Origin: Spirochaetia bacterium
Lineage (GTDB): Bacteria; Spirochaetota; Spirochaetia; DSM-2461
Assembly: GCA_963666985.2 (NCBI GenBank)
Contig: CAXXIA010000002.1
Coordinates: forward strand, 1,088,001-1,152,000
Reading direction: 5' to 3'
Length of the DNA stretch: 64,000 nucleotides
The notes under the pieces were generated by a model. The model had not been told where the DNA came from, ran no database searches, and saw only the letters and a list, made by a program, of their open reading frames with translations. Of this stretch, positions 19,525 through 29,333 are shown in pieces. Position 1 is the first letter of the stretch. Each line of letters begins with the position of its first letter. A program made the position numbers and the translations under genes.

Positions 19525-20926
19525 CTAAACGAAATAAGACGTCATGCTCTTGGCCAGCCGTTTCCTGGAAGCTCGAATTTCATCGGCGTAATCATCCAAA
19601 AGACCGCTCAGCCCCTGACGAAGAGTATCGAATCCGAACTCGGAAGCCCCGACGATGAAATTGTGCTCCGCTATCGCATCTCGGTAATCTTTATCCGTCA
19701 GGATTCTTCGCATCTCAACCAGAATCTCACCGGGAATTTCCAGAAGGCCTTCGGAATCATATCGGTCTCGAATCTCAAGTCCGCGGAAGCCCGCGCCCTG
19801 TATGTCGGTTTTATACACCAAATAGGTTGTGGTAACCACGGGAACGCGGCAGGAGACGGCCTCAAGGAAGGCGTTCCCGAAACCTTCCCATACGGGCAGA
19901 TACGAGGCCAAATCGGCATGCGCCAAAACATCACGCGTTGTATACAGCTTACGGCCGTCCTCGGTTATTTCTCGGGAAGAAGCGACATGATCCGCTATAA
20001 GATGAAGACGAACGCCGAGTTTTTCAGCCAGCGATTCGATTCCGTTTACATAGGTTCCATCCAGCTCATCGCCCTGATAAAGCGATACGATGAAATGAAC
20101 CCGATCGGCCAAATCCGGGTATTCCTCCATGAAACGGCCCACCAGTCTAACCGAATCCTCGATCCGCTTACGCGGAACGATTCGCGTCGGCTGAACAATA
20201 AGCAAATCGTCCGGAGCGAAACCCAAATCGGCGCGAAAGTCGGCATTCCACTCATCTATGGTAACCGGATTATCAAAATCCTCACAATTCGGAATAACCC
20301 GAGGATTCACACGTTTAATCGACTTAAGAATATGGGAGGCATAAGAGGAAATAACCACATGCTCGGTGCCCAAATCCGACGGCGGCATGATTTTATTCAG
20401 AAGTTTCTCGATAAGGTTTTCACTGAAACGGCTGCGTTCCCACCAAAAATCATGATGATGAAAAATGGTGGCTACCCGATGTATGGCGGCCACCCGATAA
20501 ACGGCGATGCCTCCGAGAAGGCTCATGGGCATGGCGTTCGTGTTCTCGGCGATAATAACGTCGATTCGGTTTTCCTGAATAATTTCGTATAAGGAATTGC
20601 CCACATCGGCGCCCACAGTTTCCAATTCCGATTGGATTTCCGCTATTCTCGCTTCGGTGAAATGGGGCGGACGCTTGGACATATAAGGAAACACGAGATT
20701 TTCAAAATACTCTTGTTCCGTTGAATCGAAGCTGATGCTCTTTAACAGAATTTGCCGCTCGGCGGGTACATCTTTCACGGGCTGCCTGTATAAACCGGCC
20801 GATGGTCCAGATCTCGTGCCCCATGCTGGAGAGCACTTCAATCCATTTGTCCACTTCCAGGGAAACACCGTCTACGTCGCCGAGCTTGCCGCTGATGAAA
20901 GCGATTCGAAAAGCATCTTTGTTCAT
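19525..20926 (-). CDS. Glycosyltransferase family 4, mannosylglucosylglycerate synthase (MggS)-like; one apparent +1 indel near 20800
   Basis: N-terminal DGVSLEVDKW (ORF 20702-20926) joins the frame holding HHDFWWER, QPTRIVPRKRIE and WEGFGNAFLEA. Confidence 0.8.
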
Positions 20927-21025
20927 GGAGAAATTATCCGGTCAGCACCATATGGAGTCAAGAACGGCAGCTCCCACGGCAGCGAAACTCTCCCGATTCT
21001 CATGGTATTTCTTACGTGTTCCAAT

Positions 21026-21052
21026 AAAACCGGCCGCCCGAAGGGCGGCCGG
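21026..21052 (-). terminator. Terminator of the hydrogenase operon
   Basis: CCGGCCGCCC-ttc-GGGCGGCCGG followed by TTTT on the minus strand. Confidence 0.8.
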
Positions 21053-21128
21053 AAAAAGGAGTAATAATTAAGAAATTCCGAACCGGCTCCACATATGGAA
21101 ACATGACCGGAATCTTTCAACACTTAAA

Positions 21129-22883
21129 CTATTTCTGATAGAGCGGCCTTGCATGATATTTTGTATGCAGCAAATCATGGCTCTTATGCGACAGCGGCTC
21201 ACCGAGAAACTCTTTGTAAATCTGCTTAATCTCGGGATTCTGATGGGAACAGCGCACAACACTCTTCTCGTCATCGGAATAAATACCCGCCACGCGCTTG
21301 GCCCGCACTTCCTCATCGGTGAAATAAGGCTGACCGCCTCCGCCGATGCATCCGCCTTTGCACGCCATGACTTCGATGAAATGATAAGGCGGTTCTTCAC
21401 CCTTATTTCGGGCTTCCCGCACTTCATTCATAATCGTCCGGACATTGGCCATTCCATGAGCCACGGCCACTTTAAGCGTTACATCGCCTACGGGCACCTC
21501 GCCGACCTTCACACCGTCCATGCCGCGGACGGCGCGAACGTTCACATCTTTTAATTCCTCGCCGGTTACCAAAACATGGGCCGTTCGGATAGCCGCCTCC
21601 ATTACGCCGCCGGTTACACCGAAAATGGTGGCCGCGCCCGAATAGGCTCCGATGGGACTGTCGGCTTTTTCCTCGGGCAAGTTCAGGAAATCGATTCCCG
21701 CGCGTTTAATCAGACGCGCGAGTTCCCGGGTTGTGAGCACCAAGTCCACATCGTTGAATCCCGAGGCCTGCATGTTGTCGTCCCGTCCGATTTCGTATTT
21801 CTTCGCCGTACAGGGCATGATGGCCACCGAGAAGATATCCTTGGGATCCACCTTCGCCTTTTCGGCATAATACGTTTTGGTTATGGCGCCCTGCATCATC
21901 ATCGGACTTTTGGCCGTGGAAAAGTGGGGAATCATATCGTCGAAATACTTTTCCATGTAATCGGTCCATGCGGGACAGCATGAAGTAATCTGCGGCAGCG
22001 GACCGTGGTTTTTATCCGTCAGTCGTGCGACAAGCTCGCTTCCTTCTTCCATGATGGTCAGATCGGCCGAAAAGTTGGTATCGAACACGGCATCCGCACC
22101 AAGCATTCTCAAAGCCGCGTACATTTGTCCGGTCATGACGGTACCGGGCTCCATGCCGAAGGCTTCGCCGATGGCGACGCGGGTGGCCGGAGCAACCTGT
22201 ACCACGACATGCTTGGATTCGTCGCGTATCGCCGCCATGAGCTCTTTGGTTTCGTCCTTTTCGTAAATGGCTCCGACCGGACAATGCGCCGAACACTGAC
22301 CGCACTTAATACAGGGACTTTCACCCAGGAGCGCTCCGCCCGCGGGCTGAATAATGGTTCCGTAACCGCGATGGATGAATTCCAGAGCCCATACGTCCTG
22401 AAGCTGCTGACAAACCAAGGCGCAGCGGCCGCAGTTGATGCATTTGCGGGGATCGAGCACGATGGAGGTGGTGGAAGTGTCGCGGGGGAGGACTTTGAGT
22501 TCCTCGCAGAAAGGCTTCTCACGGATGCAGAAATCCTCGGACAATTCCTGAAGCTCACAGCTTCCGTTTCGAGCGCATGTCAGACATTCGTTGGGGTGGC
22601 TGGACTGAATCAATTCGATAACGGTTCTGCGCACTTCCATGAGTTCGGCATCATGCGTTATGTAGTTCTGCCCTTCGGTCACGGCGGTCGCACAGGCACG
22701 AACCATTTTGGGACTGCCTTCCACCTTCACGACACAGATACCGCAGGCCGCCCATGGTTCAAGATCCGGATGATAGCAGAGAGTGGGGATATTGACATGG
22801 GCCGACTTGGCGGCATTCAGAATACTGGTTCCGGCCTCCACTGCAACAGGCTTTCCGTTTATTTGAATATTCACCATTGACAT
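21129..22883 (-). CDS. hydA: [FeFe]-hydrogenase catalytic subunit (HydA/HndD), group A3-type
   Basis: H-cluster motifs TSCCPAW, MPCTAKKYE and EVMACKGGCIGGGGQP, plus N-terminal 2Fe-2S, His-ligated 4Fe-4S and 2x4Fe-4S motifs. SD AGGAGG. Confidence 0.96.
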   Translation of the reverse strand: MSMVNIQINGKPVAVEAGTSILNAAKSAHVNIPTLCYHPDLEPWAACGICVVKVEGSPKMVRACATAVTEGQNYITHDAELMEVRRTVIELIQSSHPNECLTCARNGSCELQELSEDFCIREKPFCEELKVLPRDTSTTSIVLDPRKCINCGRCALVCQQLQDVWALEFIHRGYGTIIQPAGGALLGESPCIKCGQCSAHCPVGAIYEKDETKELMAAIRDESKHVVVQVAPATRVAIGEAFGMEPGTVMTGQMYAALRMLGADAVFDTNFSADLTIMEEGSELVARLTDKNHGPLPQITSCCPAWTDYMEKYFDDMIPHFSTAKSPMMMQGAITKTYYAEKAKVDPKDIFSVAIMPCTAKKYEIGRDDNMQASGFNDVDLVLTTRELARLIKRAGIDFLNLPEEKADSPIGAYSGAATIFGVTGGVMEAAIRTAHVLVTGEELKDVNVRAVRGMDGVKVGEVPVGDVTLKVAVAHGMANVRTIMNEVREARNKGEEPPYHFIEVMACKGGCIGGGGQPYFTDEEVRAKRVAGIYSDDEKSVVRCSHQNPEIKQIYKEFLGEPLSHKSHDLLHTKYHARPLYQK

Positions 22884-22893
22884 TCGATTCCTC

Positions 22894-24678
22894 CTAAGCA
22901 ACCTGGACGGCGCCGAATTTACACGCGTCGTAACAGGCGCCGCACTTGATGCACTTATCCGGATCAATTTTATGCGGCGATTTTCGTTCGCCGGAAATAC
23001 AATTGACCGGACACTTCCTGGCGCACACCGTACATCCGATGCACTTCTCGGGATCGATGGAATAAGTCACCAAATCCTTACAGGTTCCGGAGCTGCACTT
23101 ACGTTCTTTAATATGTTCCAAATACTCGTTCTCAAAATACTTCAGGGTGGAAAGAACGGGATTCGCGGCCGTCTGTCCGAGTCCGCAGAGCGATGCTTTT
23201 TTGGTCGCCAGACCGATGGCCTTCAGCTTGTCGATGTCCGCCATCTCGCCCTGTCCCTTGGTGATTTTCTCCAGAATCTGCAGCATGCGCTTCGTACCGA
23301 TGCGGCATGGGGCGCACTTCCCGCAGGATTCATCAACGCAGAACTCCATGTAAAACCGCGTTACATCGACGATACAGTCGTCCTCGTCCATAACGATCAT
23401 GCCGCCGGATCCCATCATCGATCCGATGGCCGTCAAATGATCGAAATCAATGGGCGTATCCAGATATTCCTTGGTAATCACGCCGCCCGAAGGGCCGCCG
23501 GTTTGCACGGCCTTGAACTCCTTGCCGCCCCGGATACCGCCGCCGATATCATAGACAATCTCCCGAAGAGTGGTTCCCATGGGCACTTCGACAAGACCGG
23601 AATTCTCAATCTTTCCGGTTAAAGCGAAAACCTTGGTTCCCGGTGATTTTTCGGTTCCGATGGATTTAAACCACGCACCGCCTTTCTCGATGATAACGGG
23701 AATGTTGGCGTAAGTTTCCACGTTGTTGATCACCGTCGGCCGGCCGAAGAGTCCTTTTATCGCGGGGAACGGCGGTTTGGGAACGGGCATACCTCTTTTG
23801 CCTTCGGTGGAGGCGAGCAGAGCCGTTTCTTCACCGCAGACGAAAGCCCCCGCGCCGAGCCTGATTTCAATATCGAAATCAAAACCGGAACCGAGGATAT
23901 CCTTGCCCAAAAGGCCGTATTCGCGGGCCTGCTTCAAGGCAATCTCAAGCCGATTGATGGCCAGAGGATATTCCGCTCTGATGTAGATAACACCATGATG
24001 GGAGCCGACGGTTTTCGCGCCGATGGCCATGGCTTCAATAACGGAATGAGGATCGCCTTCCAGCGTCGAGCGGTCCATGTAGGCACCCGGATCGCCTTCG
24101 TCGGCGTTACACACGATGTATTTATCGTCGGACTTCACATCGGCCGAGAATTTCCATTTCAGCCATGTCGGGAATCCCGCTCCGCCGCGGCCGCGCAGTC
24201 CGGAAATTTTCAATTCTTCGATAACCTGTTCGGGAGTCATTTCGAAGAAGACTTTTTCCATCGCGACATATCCCTGCCGGGCGATGTATTCATCGATGTT
24301 TTCGGGATCGATAATCCCGCAGTTCCTTAAAACAACCCGTTTCTGCTTCTGGTAAAACTTAATTTCCTTCAGATCGGTTTTATCGGCGCCTTCTTCTTTA
24401 TAAAGAAGTTTTTCAACAACGCGGCCTTTTACCAAGTGCTCTTCAACAATGGTCTCCGCGTCTTCGGGAGTTACGTTTACGTAGAACGCTTCTTCGGGAA
24501 GGACTTTAACGATGGGGCCTTTCTCGCAAAAACCGAAACAGCCGGTTTTAACGATTTGGACATCATTCCCTATCCCATGAGTTTCCGCCGCGGACCGCAG
24601 CTTGTGGTATATGGCATCGGCTTTCGAGGCTTCGCAGCCCGTGCCGCCGCATACCAGGCAGTAATTCTTAATAGCCAT
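22894..24678 (-). CDS. hydB: NuoF-like diaphorase subunit (HydB/HndC)
   Basis: GLRGRGGAGFP, NADEGDPGAYMDR, GAFVCGEETAL, GGPSGG, ESCGKCAPCR and C-terminal 2x4Fe-4S. Confidence 0.96.
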   Translation of the reverse strand: MAIKNYCLVCGGTGCEASKADAIYHKLRSAAETHGIGNDVQIVKTGCFGFCEKGPIVKVLPEEAFYVNVTPEDAETIVEEHLVKGRVVEKLLYKEEGADKTDLKEIKFYQKQKRVVLRNCGIIDPENIDEYIARQGYVAMEKVFFEMTPEQVIEELKISGLRGRGGAGFPTWLKWKFSADVKSDDKYIVCNADEGDPGAYMDRSTLEGDPHSVIEAMAIGAKTVGSHHGVIYIRAEYPLAINRLEIALKQAREYGLLGKDILGSGFDFDIEIRLGAGAFVCGEETALLASTEGKRGMPVPKPPFPAIKGLFGRPTVINNVETYANIPVIIEKGGAWFKSIGTEKSPGTKVFALTGKIENSGLVEVPMGTTLREIVYDIGGGIRGGKEFKAVQTGGPSGGVITKEYLDTPIDFDHLTAIGSMMGSGGMIVMDEDDCIVDVTRFYMEFCVDESCGKCAPCRIGTKRMLQILEKITKGQGEMADIDKLKAIGLATKKASLCGLGQTAANPVLSTLKYFENEYLEHIKERKCSSGTCKDLVTYSIDPEKCIGCTVCARKCPVNCISGERKSPHKIDPDKCIKCGACYDACKFGAVQVA

Positions 24679-24681
24679 GCG

Positions 24682-25076
24682 CTACTCCTTGTGAATGTCC
24701 CGAGCGGGATAATCGTAAACATGTTCGTTGATGAGCTTACCGCCGAGAATGTGTATCTCAATAATCTTTTGGCGACGGTGGCATCGACTTTCCCGTACAG
24801 GGTATCCGGCATGCCCTTCATCTTCACTTCGACCGTGGGCTCCGCGTGACAGAGTCCCATACAGCCGGTCTGCTTCACGACGACATGGTCCATTTTTCGG
24901 GTGTATGCCTCTCCGAGAAAGACATTCAACGCTTCTTTGGCACCGGCGGCAATACCGCAGGTTCCCATGCCGACAATAATCTCAATACTCTTCTCGTCCC
25001 CGCTTTCACGATTCTGAATCTGATCTTTTTGTTCTTCGCGAAGCTTTCTGAGGGATTCAAGGGTCATTTTGGCCAT
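24682..25076 (-). CDS. Thioredoxin-like [2Fe-2S] ferredoxin subunit (HydD/HndB); one apparent -1 indel near 24770
   Basis: VGMGTCGIAAGA and TGCMGLCHAEP. Adding one A to the run at VAK restores KIIEIHILGGKLINEHVYD...KE* just before hydB. Confidence 0.88.
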
Positions 25077-25091
25077 CGACAACCACTCCTT

Positions 25092-25658
25092 TCATTCCGT
25101 TTCTTGCTGTATCGAGTCTTCAAGGGAGCGGATATATTCCCTTAAAAGCCCGAGGGATCCCGCATCTTCCAGTCCTCCCAGGACCTCGGACACTTCGTCC
25201 CGTTCTATTGAATATTCCCGCTCAACCCCATCCGGAGAGCGAAGAACCCTCCTGACGGTCATGGAATAATCTCCCGGCAGAGTCAGGCACTGCAGCCAAA
25301 GCAAAGAAACATCTCCCACCGGCGGCAAATCCACATTGCCGGCGGGGAAAACGGCTTCCACATGCGTTCCTTTGCCGGGTGATGATGTAATCTCGGCCCG
25401 ACCTCCGCATTGTTCCGCCGTTTGTTTAAGGAAGGGGATGCCCAGTCCCACCCGTCTTCCCGGATGTTTTACTCCGTCGCTCCAGAAGGGATCCCCGCTT
25501 TTCGCCAGGGTCGCTTCATCCATGCCTTTCCCATCGTCATCAACGACAATCCTTACCTCATCCGGCCCCTCATCGAACAGAACGCTCAGCCTGTCGGCAC
25601 CCGATTCCGTTCCGTTCTGCACCAAGTCGGTCATGATATCGGTAAGGAACGCGTGCAT
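25092..25658 (-). CDS. Stand-alone GHKL/HATPase_c ATP-binding protein (hydrogenase-associated)
   Basis: N-box DLVQNG, G1 DDDGKGM, F-box DPF and G2 VGLG. No HisKA or sensor domain. TAATG overlap with the upstream gene. Confidence 0.85.
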   Translation of the reverse strand: MHAFLTDIMTDLVQNGTESGADRLSVLFDEGPDEVRIVVDDDGKGMDEATLAKSGDPFWSDGVKHPGRRVGLGIPFLKQTAEQCGGRAEITSSPGKGTHVEAVFPAGNVDLPPVGDVSLLWLQCLTLPGDYSMTVRRVLRSPDGVEREYSIERDEVSEVLGGLEDAGSLGLLREYIRSLEDSIQQETE

Positions 25659-26140
25659 TAATCGCTGAACTTAGCGAGAATCTCCGGCAATTTATCAACG
25701 GTAAGCTTTCCGAAAACTTCTTCACCCACCATCATTACCGGTGCCAAGCCGCAGCATCCGACACAACGAACCGCTTCCAGGGAAAACTTCCCGTCCGCGG
25801 TTGTGGCTCCAACGCCGATACCCAGAATGTTTTCCAATTCGGTAATAAGATCCGAAGAACCTTTCAGATAACAGGCGGTTCCCATGCAAACCTGCAGGTT
25901 ATGTTCTCCGGGTTTTTCCAGTTTAAAAAAGTGATAAAAGGTAACCACTCCATAAATTTTTGCCAGAGGCACATCCAAAAGACGTGCCACTTCGAACGCG
26001 ATCGGTCTTGGAACGTACCGATATTCTTCCTGAACTTTATGGAGAATCATAATGAGATTGCCCGGACGATCCTTCCATTCCTCAATAAACGCTTTGAGGT
26101 CATCCGTCAGCGTTATCTCTTCCTTAGTAGCCGCAGCCAT
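25658..26140 (-). CDS. hydC: NuoE-like [2Fe-2S] subunit (HydC/HndA)
   Basis: VVTFYHFF, VCMGTACYLKG and RCVGCCGLAP. SD GAGGAGG. Confidence 0.95.
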   Translation of the reverse strand: MAAATKEEITLTDDLKAFIEEWKDRPGNLIMILHKVQEEYRYVPRPIAFEVARLLDVPLAKIYGVVTFYHFFKLEKPGEHNLQVCMGTACYLKGSSDLITELENILGIGVGATTADGKFSLEAVRCVGCCGLAPVMMVGEEVFGKLTVDKLPEILAKFSD

Positions 26141-26318
26141 GGCTCCTCCTCGTATAATATTGCTGCTTCGTAGTATAAAAATGCTTCTTTGCAGCTCTGC
26201 TGATCATCAATTCGCCGCAAGTATAATGAGCCGCCTGCGTGTATTTCAACACTCTGGAGAATTTTATTGAATCCCGAGACGTTTTATTAAAGCAAATTAA
26301 CTATTAGGTGAACCTAAC

Positions 26319-26347
26319 TTGACATTTGTTGTTACAGTCGGCACAAT
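26319..26347 (+). promoter_or_regulatory. rex promoter overlapped by a Rex-like box
   Basis: TTGACA (26319-24), 17 nt spacer, CACAAT. The 18-mer TTGTTACAGTCGGCACAA (26329-46) resembles TTGTGAA-N4-TTCACAA. Confidence 0.55.
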
Positions 26348-26358
26348 AACCGCTCATT

Positions 26359-27069
26359 ATGGTTCGAAAAGATTTCATGCTTCGTTTGATGAAATATAAG
26401 AGAATTCTCATCCAGCTTCGGTCGCTTGGCCTGGAACGAGTCTTTTCAAACAACCTCGGAGACGCCATTGGGATTTCCGCCGCGCTCGTCAGAAAAGATT
26501 TGGCGCGTATCGAACTTCACGGCAACCGAAGAGGCGGTTACAGCATCGACGCCATGCTGGAACGATTGAATCGCCTTCTCGGGGGCAAGGATGCTCAGGA
26601 AGCGATTCTCGTGGGATGCGGAAATCTTGGAAAAGCCCTGCTGAATCATGACGCTTTCCATAAAGAAGGTATAAAGCTCATCGCCGGTTTCGATCTTTAT
26701 CCGGCCCGGGAGAATATCGGCGGCATTCCAATATATTCCGTCGACAACATTGAACCGTTCGTCCGGGAACGCCTGACAAAGGTGGCGATTCTGACCGTAC
26801 CGGCGGCGGCCGCCGCCGAAGTCCGGGACCGCTTAATTCAAGCCGGTATTCGGGGCATCCTGAATTTCGCGCCGATGGAACTCAAGTGTTCGGGGGATTG
26901 CGTTATTCACAATGTGAACATCGGACTCGAAATCGAAAATCTTTTCTTCCTGGTGAATTCTCTTGAAGATAGAAAACATCGGGAAGAGTCCGCGGATGAT
27001 AACCGCTTCGATACTGAAAACGGAAATGAACGCGAGAATAGCGCCGTGCTATCCGGGGAGGAAAAATAA
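26359..27069 (+). CDS. rex: Redox-sensing transcriptional repressor Rex
   Basis: RL..Y, VRKDL, G.RGGY, Rossmann VGCGNLGKAL, AILTVP and GILNFAP. Start is 26359 or 26377. Confidence 0.93.
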   Translation: MVRKDFMLRLMKYKRILIQLRSLGLERVFSNNLGDAIGISAALVRKDLARIELHGNRRGGYSIDAMLERLNRLLGGKDAQEAILVGCGNLGKALLNHDAFHKEGIKLIAGFDLYPARENIGGIPIYSVDNIEPFVRERLTKVAILTVPAAAAAEVRDRLIQAGIRGILNFAPMELKCSGDCVIHNVNIGLEIENLFFLVNSLEDRKHREESADDNRFDTENGNERENSAVLSGEEK

Positions 27070-27401
27070 TGACCGTTTCGGAACTTACCGCAAAGATTGA
27101 ATGCAAAGCGGCTTGGGACGGATGGGACGACAGGGATATTCCCGACGTCTATACGTCGGACCTCCTTTCCGACGTTATGGCGCATGCCGCCGAAGGGGCG
27201 TTATTAATCACCATACAGGCTCATAAGAACACGCTGGCCGTCGCAACGCTGAAAGACCTTTCGGCCATACTGGTCTGCTCCGACAGACCTGTTCCCGAAG
27301 ATATGATAAGCGCGGCCAAGGATGAAGGCGTCCCGATCCTTGTTACATCAATAAATCAATACGAAGCCTCCTGGCGCGTTCATGATCTGCTGACCTCTTG
27401 A
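27069..27401 (+). CDS. DRTGG-domain protein (hydrogenase-cluster type)
   Basis: YTSDLLSDVM, LITIQAHKN.LAVA.L and A..EG.PIL.T. TAATG coupling to rex. Confidence 0.8.
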   Translation: MTVSELTAKIECKAAWDGWDDRDIPDVYTSDLLSDVMAHAAEGALLITIQAHKNTLAVATLKDLSAILVCSDRPVPEDMISAAKDEGVPILVTSINQYEASWRVHDLLTS

Positions 27402-27508
27402 GTAAAACGATGTCTTTAAACCCACGCCGAACAGTGCCTGAAAAGCGGGAGTGCATGCGCCTTATGGCTGAAGCGCAAACCCGCGGCAGGCCGTAGATCG
27501 GATCCAAG

Positions 27509-28234
27509 ATGCCCCGCTTTTTCGCCGATCTTCACATCCACTCCTGCCTTTCTCCATGCGGAGATTTGTCATCTTCTCCCAAAGCCATTGCCCGAGCGGC
27601 CCGGGAAAAAGGTCTCCATATGGCGGCCCTGACGGACCACAATACCGCGCTGAACACACCGGCATTCGCCTCGGCCTGCCGCGATGAGGGGATAACGGCC
27701 TTGTTCGGGCTTGAAGTCACCACCGTTGAAGAGGTTCATGTTCTGGCGATTTTCCCGGATGCCGCAGCCGCGGTTGAAGCGGGAGAAGACGCTTACGAAC
27801 GCCTTCAGGCCCCCGGATTCGATCCGGTTTCCTATGGGGATCAGGTTTGGGTGGACGATGAGGAGAACATCGCGGGCAGTCTTGAAAAACTGCTGATCCT
27901 GGGAACGACGGATTTATCGATTGAGGATGCGGTTCATTGGACGCATAGCCGCGGAGGACTGGTTATACCCGCTCACATAGACAGAACCGCTTTCGGAGCC
28001 CTCGAACAATTGGGTTTTCTTCCCGATGCTCCTTACGACGCGGTGGAATGCACCCGCCCTCCGGAAGCCTCTTTAACCGGGAGATGGACCGTTACCGCCT
28101 CCTCGGACGCCCATTATATTAAAGACATTGGCCGAAGATGTTTGGAATTCGAAGGAACGGCACCGACATTCGAGGCACTGCAAGCGGCGTTATCTTCGGG
28201 AAAGGCGGCGGCCAGGTTCTCATTTCCGGATTGA
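27509..28234 (+). CDS. PHP-domain metal-dependent phosphoesterase
   Basis: DLHIHSCLSPC, TDHN, GLEVTT.EEVH, PAHIDR and SSDAH. Confidence 0.9.
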   Translation: MPRFFADLHIHSCLSPCGDLSSSPKAIARAAREKGLHMAALTDHNTALNTPAFASACRDEGITALFGLEVTTVEEVHVLAIFPDAAAAVEAGEDAYERLQAPGFDPVSYGDQVWVDDEENIAGSLEKLLILGTTDLSIEDAVHWTHSRGGLVIPAHIDRTAFGALEQLGFLPDAPYDAVECTRPPEASLTGRWTVTASSDAHYIKDIGRRCLEFEGTAPTFEALQAALSSGKAAARFSFPD

Positions 28235-28521
28235 TTTTACAGACGGCCGATTCAATCCGAGGCTGAGCCGATCGGGAATCCGGCGGATTCGGAAAAAGCT
28301 CTTTTAACCGGCCGAATCGGTTTTACCGCGGATGAAAAAAGCGCTTATATTGGTCTCCGTTTCGTAAAAAAAGTAAAAAGAGCACTATTGCTCATGGAAA
28401 AACCTTACCTATAGGCGTTATATTCTCCCATGAAGTCAGAGATTGTCGCGATGATGAACACATCATCCGCGCATCTGTTTCCCCGAAAATGTGTCTCTTT
28501 TCGACACTAAGGAGTGAAAAA

Positions 28522-29112
28522 ATGAAAAAAATCGTCCGGATTGGTGTTTTCATGGCCGTCGCAGCGGTGCTCTTGCTCTCCGCCTGCGCGACTAAGGAGG
28601 GATCTTCCACAGTTACGCAGCGCCGGGATCTTCCGGATTTTTTCCTGAACCCGCCGCAGCTTGAGGATCAGTATGTCGGCCTCGGTATGGCAAAACTGAA
28701 AGACGACAACCTTTCCCGCACCACCGCTCAGGCCCGCGCCCGCGCCGACATCGCGGCCCAGGTGGCCGTAACGGTCGAATCGATGCTTACCGATTATGCT
28801 CAGGAATCCGGAGCGGACGACAACACCCAGACCCTCACCTTCGTGGAAAGAGTCTCCAAGGAAGTCGCCAATATCGAACTGAAAGGCGCCGTAACCCAGG
28901 AGCAATATCCCGCCAACGACGGAACCTGGTACGTGATGGTTTACTTCCCCAAAGCCGCCATGCTTGAAGAGGTTGATCAGGTATTCACCAGAAACGAAGA
29001 TGCCGCTTTCGCCGAGTTCAAGGCCCAGCAAGCCCTTGAACGGCTGAATGCCGAACTGGAGGACAATCCTCCCGTATCCGCCGGCGTTAATTCTCCGGTA
29101 AACCAGGACTGA
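28522..29112 (+). CDS. LPP20-like lipoprotein
   Basis: Lipobox LLSA-C, then PDFF, GLG, A..RAR..IA.Q and WYVMV. SD AAGGAG. Confidence 0.7.
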   Translation: MKKIVRIGVFMAVAAVLLLSACATKEGSSTVTQRRDLPDFFLNPPQLEDQYVGLGMAKLKDDNLSRTTAQARARADIAAQVAVTVESMLTDYAQESGADDNTQTLTFVERVSKEVANIELKGAVTQEQYPANDGTWYVMVYFPKAAMLEEVDQVFTRNEDAAFAEFKAQQALERLNAELEDNPPVSAGVNSPVNQD

Positions 29113-29146
29113 AATCCGCGTTAAGCGAATCATCCTGAAATTGAAG

Positions 29147-29185
29147 AAAGGGCTGTCTTGATGGTTTGAGACGGCCCTTTTTTTT
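29147..29185 (+). terminator. Rho-independent terminator
   Basis: AAAGGGCTGTCTT...GAGACGGCCC followed by T8. Confidence 0.85.
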
Positions 29186-29333
29186 ATTCAAGGGGCTTCT
29201 TTCTCCAAATAAAACCGGATTAAGCCGTGCAGTTCCTCCATGAAGACGTTCTTACCGGCCGGTTGACCCGATATGCGCAAGATAATGACCGCGACGGGTT
29301 GGAAAGCAATCCCCGCGGGGTTATATTTTTCCC

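Noticed and set aside
19486..20592. Long antisense ORFs (also 8457-9287, 22005-22880, 32634-33614, 39657-40688, 47458-48315)
   Set aside because: They mirror well-supported genes on the other strand and show no recognisable motifs.
24740..24790. Programmed frameshift in hydD or phnC
   Set aside because: There is no canonical slippery heptamer with a downstream structure, and the same error type is scattered across the window.
17542..26140. Selenocysteine or stop-codon readthrough in redox genes
   Set aside because: The metal-ligand Cys motifs are complete and no in-frame TGA interrupts them.
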